Translations under genes and position numbers: made by a program
Notes under the pieces: generated by a model
Told to the model about the DNA's origin: nothing
Seen by the model: only the letters and a program-made list of their open reading frames with translations
Databases searched by the model: none
Virus record (IMG/VR): IMGVR_UViG_3300047322_001237
Span: 1-64,000 of that record
Strand: one strand, 5' to 3'
Length of the DNA stretch: 64,000 nt
Part shown: in pieces, positions 55,669-63,891 of the stretch
Layout of the letters: each line of letters begins with the position of its first letter
Position numbering within the stretch: position 1 is the first letter of the stretch

Positions 55669-57078
55669 ATGACACCGAATCTCTATCGGTATCCGCTGGA
55701 TAAGACCGGTCAAAGTAAGGATAACTACGTGACGGGCGACGCCCACGCGATCGGGACGGATCCAGTCAGAGCCATTGCGCCTAACTACGGCGCGTTCTTC
55801 GCAGCGTCGATGGAGATCGTCGACAGCTTCACCCAGAAGACGCTAGACGGCACGCAGTACGAATTCCAGTTTCTGCACGAAGGAGCATCGCGCCTGGTCG
55901 GGCAGGAGATCTACGGCGTCGTGGTGATTACCGACCCGACGGTGGGTCCGAATGTCGAGTTGAGCTATCAGGCGCTCGGTGGCGAATACAGTCGCCCGAT
56001 TGCAGCGATTGCGACTGAAGTCGCGACGTTGGCGAACGACAATCGGAGCGTGAAGTTCTCGAACATCACGGATCTGCCGGATACGTTCCCTCCCGTTTTG
56101 CATATGCATGCGGTGGGCGACACGTACAACTGGGACTACGTGGTAAGCGCGCTCGAGATGATTTTGAATGCGATGACGCTCATCAAGGCGTCCTCGTACG
56201 ACTCGACGCTGAACTACGTCGACCAGCAGGCCGCCCTTCGCAACGCAGACATCGCGAACTTGGCCCAGGCGCTCGCGGCACACATCGCGAACAAGAACAA
56301 TCCTCACCAGGTCACCCTCGCTCAGGTCGATGTGTGCTCGTCAACCCAAGTGAACGGCCTGATCGCAATCGAGGCAAGTGCTCGCACGGCCGGTGACGCG
56401 ACGCTGACGACGAACATCACGGCGCACGCGACCCGTACGGATAATCCGCATCAGGTGACCGCTGCGCAAGCAGGCGGTTACACCACGACGCAGGCCGACG
56501 CGAACCTGAACGCCATCACCACGGCGCTCAACGCGACGCTCACGACCGACGCGGCCGCGATGAGTGCGCACATCGCGAACAAGAACAACCCGCACCGGGT
56601 CACGCTCACGCAGATCAACGGACAGACGACGGCGCAGATCAATACCACGATCAGCAACGCGATGTCGCCTGTCACGACGCAGCTGAACGCTGATGAAGCG
56701 ACGATGAGCGCGCACATTGCGAACACGAGCAATCCGCACGGTGTGACGCTCACACAGATCAACGGGTGGGACAGCGCCAGTATCGGGAACGTCAATAGCG
56801 GTGTGGCGAGCCACATCGCCAGTACGAACAACCCGCACCAGGTGACGACGGCGCAAATCGGCACGCTCACCGCGACGCAGATCAACAACAACATCGCCAA
56901 CAACTTCACGACGCCTGCGCAGGTCTCGTACCTGAACCCACAGACGAACTGGATCAACAGTCACATCTACAACTACAGCAACCCCCACAACGTGACGGTC
57001 GCTCAGTTGGGTGGCTGGACGTACGCCCAATGGCAATCGGCCTTGGCAACGGCGGTCTACAACCTTTCGTATCACTAA
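55669..57078 (+). CDS. Tail fibre protein 3
   Basis: Start ATG 55669 (YPLDKTG), AAGGA RBS, many NPH repeats. Confidence 0.8.
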   Translation: MTPNLYRYPLDKTGQSKDNYVTGDAHAIGTDPVRAIAPNYGAFFAASMEIVDSFTQKTLDGTQYEFQFLHEGASRLVGQEIYGVVVITDPTVGPNVELSYQALGGEYSRPIAAIATEVATLANDNRSVKFSNITDLPDTFPPVLHMHAVGDTYNWDYVVSALEMILNAMTLIKASSYDSTLNYVDQQAALRNADIANLAQALAAHIANKNNPHQVTLAQVDVCSSTQVNGLIAIEASARTAGDATLTTNITAHATRTDNPHQVTAAQAGGYTTTQADANLNAITTALNATLTTDAAAMSAHIANKNNPHRVTLTQINGQTTAQINTTISNAMSPVTTQLNADEATMSAHIANTSNPHGVTLTQINGWDSASIGNVNSGVASHIASTNNPHQVTTAQIGTLTATQINNNIANNFTTPAQVSYLNPQTNWINSHIYNYSNPHNVTVAQLGGWTYAQWQSALATAVYNLSYH

Positions 57079-57105
57079 GCGGTGCTTGGTGGGAGGAAAT
57101 ACATC

Positions 57106-59628
57106 ATGTCAGAAGTCTTGACTTTGCCGCTGGATCCCACGGCTAAGGCACCGACCAATCACATTACGTCGGAGAACCACAGTATCGGATCCGGACTGAT
57201 TCGTGCGTTCGCGCCGGCCTATGGCGGCTTCTACGAATCGAGCCTGAAGATAACTGATGTCGCGACGGGCCGGCCCGTCACTGCATCGCAGTACTTCACC
57301 ACCGGGCTGATGGACCTCGCAACGACGAAGTATGGCACGCCGAACAACACCAATGTCGTGTCGCTCGTCGTCGTGACCGATGCGAGCGTGTCCGGCAACC
57401 TCGTGATCGAGTACCAGGCCCTGGGTGCTGGGTTTGCTACGCCCCAGACAGTGCTTGCATCCGAAGTCGACACGTTCGAACCGGCGACGCGTCCGTCGAC
57501 GTGGCCGTCGGTGGTTGACCGCACGGCCGATGTGCCGCCATCGCAAGCAATGCATGATGAGGGGCAGGCGGGTCTCATCACATTCGAGTATGTCGTGCAT
57601 GCCATCGACCGCATTGCACAACTCGCGATCATGGGCGACCCGCTCGCGCAGTCGCGCGTTCGTGCGTACGCCGACGCGATGGAGAACGGCGAACTTCAGA
57701 TCGTCTCAGGTCAGAACACATCACTCGCTGCGCACATCGCGAACCACAGCAACCCGCACCAGGTGACGTCCGCGCAGCTCGGCGCGATGACGGAGGCGCA
57801 GCAGGACGCAGCTATTCTTGTTGAGACGCAGGCACGACAGGCAGGGGATGTGAATGCCACGCAGACGTTGACCAGCCACACCTCCAACCAGAATAACCCG
57901 CACAACGTCACGCTGACCCAGGTGGGGATGTACTCAGTATCGCAGGCGAATGGGAAGATCAGTGCTGCCCAAACGAGCGTCAACGCGACCATCAGCGCGA
58001 ACGCGGCCGCGATGACCGCGCACCTGAACGATACCAACAATCCTCACCAGGTGACGGTCACCCAGTTAGGCACGGAAAGCGTATCGGCGATCCAAGCAGC
58101 GATCTCGGCTGCGGCAGCCACGGTGTCGAGCAGTGCTAGCAGTGCAAGTTCAACGCTGAGCACGCACGTGTCCAACACGAACAACCCCCACGCCGTCACC
58201 CCGGCGCAATTGGGTACGTGGACGTCGGCTGCGTTGACGACGTTGATGAACACGCTTAACAGCCATATCGCCAACAAGAGCAATCCGCATAACGTGACGA
58301 TCGGACAGCTAGGAGGGATGACGCAGGCGCAGTACTCCGCGGCCATCACCGCTGCGTCGAACTGGATGGCGGGAATCTTCAACTCGAATTCGTCGAGCAT
58401 CAACAACCATATCGGGAACTACAACAACCCGCATGGCGTTAATGCGCAAGCCCTCGGCGCGGTTGGACCGTGGAATAACCTCGGTGGCGATCTGGCCAAC
58501 GCGCAGGCTCAGATCAACGCAAGTGGTCACCAGGTCACGGAAACGGGCACGCAGTACTACAACATCAACTACTCCGGTGCGATGGCTGCCAACTTTGGAC
58601 GCCAGTTGGAGATTTGCTATGCGATCACGGATTCGGCGTATTGGCGACCCACCGGCGGTGACACTACCGTAACAGGAAGCTTCCCCTGGTTCAGCGCGCC
58701 CGGCGGGGCGCAACTCCAGGGCTTCTTCCGGTCGGGCAACATCATCACGATCATTGTTCTGAATGGCAGCCTGGACGGGATGGTGTTCCACTCGTCGCTT
58801 GGCGAGAATCTGGCCCTGTCCAACGATCGGTCGTATACGTTCATGCAAACGGGGGCCGGACTCTACACGGCATACTCCGCCGTCTCGAACGTCGGTCAGA
58901 CCGGCTCGCCGCGCAGCTACGCAGTAATCATTCAGGGCTGGCCGAGCCGCGGTCAACCACCGCTGTACTACGTTAACAATGCTGCGCCGCCGCCGGACAA
59001 CTCAGGTGGTGGTGGTGGCGATGTGTCAGTCTGCTGCTTCACGGCAGGCAGTCTGGTGCTCATGGCGGATCAGAGCTGGAAGCCGATCGAAACCGTCCGC
59101 AAGGGCGATTGGGTCATGGGTGCGACGGGACCGGAAGAAGTTCAGCGTCTCCACGTCTCCCGCCTGGGCCATCGTCACCTGATGGGGTTCGCCGGCGAGC
59201 GGTTGCGTTGGAGCGAGGAGCATTCGTTCTGGGCTCGCAAGGACGGCCGTCAGTGGTGGTGGTCAGCCAATCCTGCCATGTGGCGAAAGGAAGTCGAGCT
59301 CGGCGTGGTCAAGGGATTGAAGGATCTTTACAGCCACTTCGATGGAGACGTTGATTTCGCCCATCTCGACGGTTTCGTCAGACGCAAAGTTGAAGTGATG
59401 CCGTCGACGCCGGACACGCTGGTGTATCTTCCGGTGACGAAGGGATCCCCGATCATTGTGGATGGTTACGTGGTCGGAGCCTCAGTCAACGAGTTCATGT
59501 ACGACTATGCGTCGCTCGATTGGCTCGAGCACGTGCGCAGTCACAGGAAGGCTGCTGTCGGTCTGGAAAAGAAGTCGCGGGTACGTCGCTGGAAGGACGG
59601 CCTCAAACGCCTGCTCTGGATGAAGTAA
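57106..59628 (+). CDS. Tail fibre protein 4 with C-terminal Hint autoprocessing domain
   Basis: Start ATG 57106 (LPLDPTAK), NPH repeats, a beta-rich domain and PPP/GGGGG linker. Then CFTAGSLVLMAD (59035), SEEH and VYLPVTKGSPIIVDGYVV. Confidence 0.82.
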   Translation: MSEVLTLPLDPTAKAPTNHITSENHSIGSGLIRAFAPAYGGFYESSLKITDVATGRPVTASQYFTTGLMDLATTKYGTPNNTNVVSLVVVTDASVSGNLVIEYQALGAGFATPQTVLASEVDTFEPATRPSTWPSVVDRTADVPPSQAMHDEGQAGLITFEYVVHAIDRIAQLAIMGDPLAQSRVRAYADAMENGELQIVSGQNTSLAAHIANHSNPHQVTSAQLGAMTEAQQDAAILVETQARQAGDVNATQTLTSHTSNQNNPHNVTLTQVGMYSVSQANGKISAAQTSVNATISANAAAMTAHLNDTNNPHQVTVTQLGTESVSAIQAAISAAAATVSSSASSASSTLSTHVSNTNNPHAVTPAQLGTWTSAALTTLMNTLNSHIANKSNPHNVTIGQLGGMTQAQYSAAITAASNWMAGIFNSNSSSINNHIGNYNNPHGVNAQALGAVGPWNNLGGDLANAQAQINASGHQVTETGTQYYNINYSGAMAANFGRQLEICYAITDSAYWRPTGGDTTVTGSFPWFSAPGGAQLQGFFRSGNIITIIVLNGSLDGMVFHSSLGENLALSNDRSYTFMQTGAGLYTAYSAVSNVGQTGSPRSYAVIIQGWPSRGQPPLYYVNNAAPPPDNSGGGGGDVSVCCFTAGSLVLMADQSWKPIETVRKGDWVMGATGPEEVQRLHVSRLGHRHLMGFAGERLRWSEEHSFWARKDGRQWWWSANPAMWRKEVELGVVKGLKDLYSHFDGDVDFAHLDGFVRRKVEVMPSTPDTLVYLPVTKGSPIIVDGYVVGASVNEFMYDYASLDWLEHVRSHRKAAVGLEKKSRVRRWKDGLKRLLWMK

Positions 59629-59650
59629 GAGGGTGGTGAGCTACACGCGT

Positions 59651-59696
59651 ACGGCCGGGCGGGAAACCGCTCCGGCTTTATGCCGTGATTTCTATG
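59651..59696 (+). terminator. Hairpin-TTATGCCG element followed by a second TATG
   Basis: gccgggcgg-gaaa-ccgctccggc-tttatgccg, then tctatgaggg upstream of ORF 59746. Confidence 0.6.
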
Positions 59697-59745
59697 AGGG
59701 AAATACACAACGAACCCTCGTAACGCTCATCCATAAGGCCCTAGC

Positions 59746-60231
59746 ATGCCGACTCCCCTCTGCGACTACAGCAAGAAGTCCCAGGACATCATTCGGGACC
59801 TCATCTACGCGAGCAACGGTTTCATGTTGCCTGCGACCGGCGTGCTGTTTGGCAATCCAACTAGCACCACCCCGCTCGTTGCCGACGCCTATCAGCGCGA
59901 CACATTCGTCCGGTTGTCGATGGACCCGAACGTGTTTCCTCGTCGCTATCGCGGCTCCCGCACCTTCCTTTACAAGCGAATCGATCTGAGCACCTTGAAG
60001 GCGTCTGCATCAACGCCAACACCGATCCAGGTCATCAGCTTGCCGACGGACACGTACACCTTGCTCAACCAGATCAACGCCTACTATGGCCTGCAACTGG
60101 CACAGGCAGACGTGCAGAACATCACCTACGGATCTGTCAACGGTGCTGTCCTGGCGGCCGACGTTACCTCTCTTGCCTTTCAGGGATACCTCACACTGAA
60201 CCTTCAGTTGGCCACCCCTGTTCAGGCATAG
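59746..60231 (+). CDS. Small virion/fibre-associated structural protein
   Basis: 161 aa with the FLYKRIDLSTL (Y.R.DL) motif recurrent in phiKZ-like tail-associated proteins. Confidence 0.6.
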   Translation: MPTPLCDYSKKSQDIIRDLIYASNGFMLPATGVLFGNPTSTTPLVADAYQRDTFVRLSMDPNVFPRRYRGSRTFLYKRIDLSTLKASASTPTPIQVISLPTDTYTLLNQINAYYGLQLAQADVQNITYGSVNGAVLAADVTSLAFQGYLTLNLQLATPVQA

Positions 60232-60262
60232 CTAGTCCGCCTTCGGGGATAGGGGCGACTAG

Positions 60263-60308
60263 ACGTCATAAAAGCCAGAGTGGACCCAGTCCACTCTGGC
60301 CTTATGTC
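60263..60308. terminator. CATA-hairpin-TATG element at convergent junction
   Basis: acgtcataaa-agccagagtggac-cca-gtccactctggc-cttatgtc. A second hairpin lies just before it (60232-60262). Confidence 0.7.
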
Positions 60309-60323
60309 CGTCACGGCATCCAT

Positions 60324-61313
60324 TCAGACGATATTCCCGCCTGTCGCGGATTGAGGGAAAATCGACGCGCTGACCTTCTGCGCACCAAAACTCGCCACAA
60401 CACTGCCTTGCTCGGCGGGGTTGGGCACTTGATAAAAGTGTCCCTCCAACTCAACAGGCGTGGTCGCAGCAGCGTTAGGATCGGCCATCGCTAGCACCTC
60501 TTCGCGGTTAGGAAAGCCCAGTCCTTCAGGCATCGGTACAAAGCGCGCACCCATCGAGAGTGCCGTCTGTTCGGCCTTCGACATGTTCGCATTCGGAGCA
60601 GGAAGTCCGCTCGATCCGTCCTCTGCGTTGGCGCCTGGCTCCGGAGCGAGTCGCGCAAAACGGTTCTTCGCAAGGAACATGGTGTCGTAGAGCCCGCGCA
60701 GCTTGGCTTCTTCCTCTGCATCGCGCTCCCCGGTCTGCCGAAGGATCCACTCCTCAGCCTCGAACGGAAACGGCGGTAAGTCCGACAGGTCCGACACTCG
60801 CTTCCGCACTTCAAGATCAATCTTGACCCATGGGAAGAACGTACCATCAGGTTTCAGGAAGAAGTCCACTTCCCACTTCAGTCCCTTGCCAAGCCCTGCC
60901 GGAACTGCGCCGTCGTCGATCACGTACTCGTAGCGGTTCTTGACCATTCCACGATCCGAGAGGACACGAAACTGTTCGAAGTTGTCTTCCGTGGTCGGCA
61001 CGGCCACTTCGGTGTTGCTGCCGTCGGGCTTCCGCACCTTTGTCGTGATCACATACTCGGGAGCAACTTTGCCGCGGATGTTGATGAGCTGCGTTTTCCG
61101 GATGCGGATGCCGCCTTGTCCACCGTTTTGATCGGTCTTCGGGATCTTGAATTCCCACTGCTCCTGATGCTCCGAAAAGCCCCAGCCAGTCGGCACCTTG
61201 ACGGGTTCCGGGAGACGAGCATAGAAAACGTATTCGATTTCCTCGAATGCCTCGCCAGTTGCCTGTTCTTCAAGCGCCACGTCTTCCAGCGCCCGTTTCA
61301 TTAAGCTTGTCAT
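60324..61313 (-). CDS. CYTH-like (triphosphate tunnel) domain protein, possibly head-packaged
   Basis: EIEYVF, IRIRK, YVITTK, KNRY, WEVDFF and KIDLEV follow the CYTH motif order. N-terminal RALE and VALE sites. Confidence 0.65.
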   Translation of the reverse strand: MTSLMKRALEDVALEEQATGEAFEEIEYVFYARLPEPVKVPTGWGFSEHQEQWEFKIPKTDQNGGQGGIRIRKTQLINIRGKVAPEYVITTKVRKPDGSNTEVAVPTTEDNFEQFRVLSDRGMVKNRYEYVIDDGAVPAGLGKGLKWEVDFFLKPDGTFFPWVKIDLEVRKRVSDLSDLPPFPFEAEEWILRQTGERDAEEEAKLRGLYDTMFLAKNRFARLAPEPGANAEDGSSGLPAPNANMSKAEQTALSMGARFVPMPEGLGFPNREEVLAMADPNAAATTPVELEGHFYQVPNPAEQGSVVASFGAQKVSASIFPQSATGGNIV

Positions 61314-61318
61314 GATTC

Positions 61319-61579
61319 TTATTCGGCCTCGAGAAAGAGCGTGACGATTTCCTTGGCCATGTCCAAAAGGTTGTGAAGGCAGGCGCCCGCGGTGATGACG
61401 CCCATGTGCACCGCAGTGGTGAGCACCGCACCGAGCAGCACGGCGACCATGAAGGCAAGGAGAACGCCAGCCAGAATGTAGACTTGCGTCTGCAGGCTGC
61501 GCGTCTCCCGTGTCAGCTCCTTCGTGTCATGCTCGGCGATCGGATCTTGATCTTTGTCCGCGTCGAGATGCTCGCTCAT
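61319..61579 (-). CDS. Candidate holin
   Basis: Start ATG 61579 (1-bp TGATG overlap with the o-spanin stop). 86 aa, acidic N-terminus, long hydrophobic stretch. Confidence 0.5.
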   Translation of the reverse strand: MSEHLDADKDQDPIAEHDTKELTRETRSLQTQVYILAGVLLAFMVAVLLGAVLTTAVHMGVITAGACLHNLLDMAKEIVTLFLEAE

Positions 61580-61923
61580 CACTTCGCTCCCGCGGGCGCG
61601 CTTGCTGCGTTGGCCTTGGCGACGAGCGCTTTCTGCTGCTTGTACCAGGTGCGAATTCCAGCCTTGTCCTGGTTGCAGCTGCCGAGGTTGTTCGTCTGCG
61701 CCTGATAGGCAGCCGAGAGCAACTGTTCCTTGGTCTCCGTGTCCGCTGCGGCGTAAACGTCTCGCTGCGGCGGAGGAGTAACAGGACAATCCGCCACCAG
61801 GATGGCGGGCAGCTCCGGAAGGAACGTCTGATAGCGTGTTTCCAAAGTCGGCTGGCTACCACATCCGGCAATCATTGCGGCAGCCACGACAGCTGCCAGA
61901 CAGCGAAGTCGTTTCATTTTCAT
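61579..61923 (-). CDS. o-spanin (Rz1-like lipoprotein)
   Basis: MKMKRLRCLAAVVAAAMIAGC lipobox, Pro-rich DCPVTPPP and helix with CNQDKAGIRTW. Confidence 0.8.
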   Translation of the reverse strand: MKMKRLRCLAAVVAAAMIAGCGSQPTLETRYQTFLPELPAILVADCPVTPPPQRDVYAAADTETKEQLLSAAYQAQTNNLGSCNQDKAGIRTWYKQQKALVAKANAASAPAGAK

Positions 61924-61961
61924 CCCCGAAAGGTCTTTGCTTCTATTCTTGTTAGTCCGTT

Positions 61962-62459
61962 CTAGACGGACGGATCGCTCGCGGGCGAAGTCGGAACCGC
62001 AGCGCATCCGGTTGTGGACGCCGGGACGTTGTTGCAATAGGTGTCCCAGAGGCTGTTCACACGGATGCGACTGATCGCATTGGATTCGGCTTGTGCTGCG
62101 CTGGCGGAAACGGGTTGACCTGCTACCGGCTCGTACTTCTTCTTGACGACTGCGATCTGAGCGTCCGCTTTGACGTCGACGGCGACCTGCGACGCCGCGG
62201 TCGCAGCCTTCGCCTGGACATCGTCGGTCACAACCTGGTCGTTGACCTTCTCGGATTTCTTGGCGACGTCGAGCTGGCCCTTGAGGTTGTCGTTGGCGGA
62301 CGTCAGGTCTTTGATCTGCTGCGTGGACTTGCCGGCCGCCTCAGTCAAGGACTTCACCTGGTGCGCCTCGTAGACACCAAAGGCGATCAGTCCCGCAACG
62401 ACGACAGCGATGGCGGTACCGATGATGGCGGTTGCGTATTCCTTCACTTGGTCAAGCAT
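61962..62459 (-). CDS. i-spanin (Rz-like)
   Basis: Single N-terminal TM helix, coiled coil and two C-terminal Cys, directly upstream of the lipoprotein. Confidence 0.78.
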   Translation of the reverse strand: MLDQVKEYATAIIGTAIAVVVAGLIAFGVYEAHQVKSLTEAAGKSTQQIKDLTSANDNLKGQLDVAKKSEKVNDQVVTDDVQAKAATAASQVAVDVKADAQIAVVKKKYEPVAGQPVSASAAQAESNAISRIRVNSLWDTYCNNVPASTTGCAAVPTSPASDPSV

Positions 62460-63031
62460 AGTTCCTCCAGATGGGCTCGCCAGCGGCCGTACGCCACTGC
62501 CAGTGCATCGACAGAGTGTTCGTCGAGACGAGCGATTGGGATGTCCCCGTTGTATTGCAGATCGGGAAGTTTCATGAGCGCTTCCTTGACCTTCTCCTTA
62601 TCCGCATTGCCGGATGCGCCGACTGCTTTTTTCACGGACGGGGGATCAATCAGGTACAGGGGCTTCCACATGTCGTAACGCATGACCGCACTACGAATCG
62701 CGCAGATGACTTCGGTCAGTGCGCCGTATGCCTGTGGACGCCGCATGCTCATGAACGGGGACTCGGACGCGATCATGTACGGACTCACATTCACGAAGAG
62801 ACGAAGCAGCTCGTCCTCCAATGATGAAATGCGGCCGATACGATCGCCGAACAACTCGGCTGTCCACAACTCTTTGGAGAGTCGATCGCCGTGATAGGTC
62901 TTCGCGGAACTCGCGATGATCTTCATGATGGACAGATCGACCCAGAGAATCGAAGTACCCAGGCAGTTGCTGCCCGGGTCGATTCCGATGATGGAGATGA
63001 TGGATGCCGAATGCGCGGGCATTCTGAGCAT
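62444..63031 (-). CDS. ruvC: Holliday junction resolvase RuvC-like
   Basis: IIGIDPGS, ASESPF, PPSVKKAVGASGNADKEKV and DEHSVDALAVA. Confidence 0.9.
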   Translation of the reverse strand: MLRMPAHSASIISIIGIDPGSNCLGTSILWVDLSIMKIIASSAKTYHGDRLSKELWTAELFGDRIGRISSLEDELLRLFVNVSPYMIASESPFMSMRRPQAYGALTEVICAIRSAVMRYDMWKPLYLIDPPSVKKAVGASGNADKEKVKEALMKLPDLQYNGDIPIARLDEHSVDALAVAYGRWRAHLEELCLTK

Positions 63032-63045
63032 CGTGACTCCAGTGC

Positions 63046-63891
63046 TTACGCCGAGACCAGGTTGAACAGCGGCTCGGTCGAACCCACGTTCAGGTTGATC
63101 GTCGTGCCGTTGTTCTGATAGTTCATCGGCACGAAGGTATCGATGAACGAGCAGATCTGGGCGCAGATGACTTCGTTCATGTTGAACGAGCCACCGCTTG
63201 CCGGGACCGACACCACATCGTCCACGCCCGAGACCATGCCGATCTCCGAGATGATGGCGTAGCGCGGATCACCGTAGATAATGTTCGCGCAGTTCACCAG
63301 CTCGGCCGCGTCCTGAGCGCTGAACGACAGACCCACGACAGCGGCCGCCGACAGGTAGTCACCTGACACTACGTTGACGGAGCCGTTCGCCACCGTGGGC
63401 GCCGTCGGGTTCAAGTTCGACGAGTTCGCGCTGTACGGCGTCGTGGTCGTGTTGCCACCCGAGACCGTGTTCAGGTTGATCTGCGCAGCCACACCCGTAT
63501 AGTCGATGCGGCGCAGGAAGTAGCACGCGTAAGCGATGCCACCGTACGTGATCACCTGACGCAGTGCGTACTGAGCCATCTGGCTCGCCGACAGGTCCGA
63601 GCTCACCGGACGCATGATGAACGGCAGGTGATTGTAGAGCGCTGCGTCCGTTGCTTCGTGCTGAATCGGGGAGGGTGCCGCGATGCCGTCGGAGCCAGCC
63701 GTGATGGTGTGTCCGCCGTTGCCGATGCAGTAGTAGCGTTGCGCCGGCAGGACGCTTGAAGCGGGTGCGACGCCCGCCTGAATCCCAAACTTCTCGTTAA
63801 GCGTCGAGTTCGGCATCATGGTGAAGGGCAGCTTCTGCAGCAGACACGTTTGCAGATACGCGCCCCAAGCGGTGCGAGTGGAGTTCTCCAT
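63046..63891 (-). CDS. Virion structural protein
   Basis: 281 aa. NSTLNEKFGI, YYCIGNGGH, LYNHLPFIMR and AIISEIGMVSGVD, recalled as a conserved phiKZ-like structural family. Confidence 0.7.
   Translation of the reverse strand: MENSTRTAWGAYLQTCLLQKLPFTMMPNSTLNEKFGIQAGVAPASSVLPAQRYYCIGNGGHTITAGSDGIAAPSPIQHEATDAALYNHLPFIMRPVSSDLSASQMAQYALRQVITYGGIAYACYFLRRIDYTGVAAQINLNTVSGGNTTTTPYSANSSNLNPTAPTVANGSVNVVSGDYLSAAAVVGLSFSAQDAAELVNCANIIYGDPRYAIISEIGMVSGVDDVVSVPASGGSFNMNEVICAQICSFIDTFVPMNYQNNGTTINLNVGSTEPLFNLVSA

Noticed and set aside
52431-58450. NPH repeats as CRISPR array or DGR template/variable repeats
   Set aside because: Repeats are in-frame and diverge at synonymous positions, have no constant repeat/unique spacer structure, show no evident adenine-specific mismatch pair, and no reverse transcriptase or cas gene is present.
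59035-59481. Hint region as a splicing intein or mobile element
   Set aside because: No terminal His-Asn plus Cys/Ser/Thr junction and no endonuclease, so splicing is not supported. Kept as a cleavage-type Hint.
61319-62037. Long 5-prime extensions given by the ORF track here and at 6728, 34780, 35777, 40849, 41824, 54198 and 55588
   Set aside because: Downstream ATGs have RBSs, coupled overlaps, signal peptides or paralogue-matching N-termini, so starts were reassigned.
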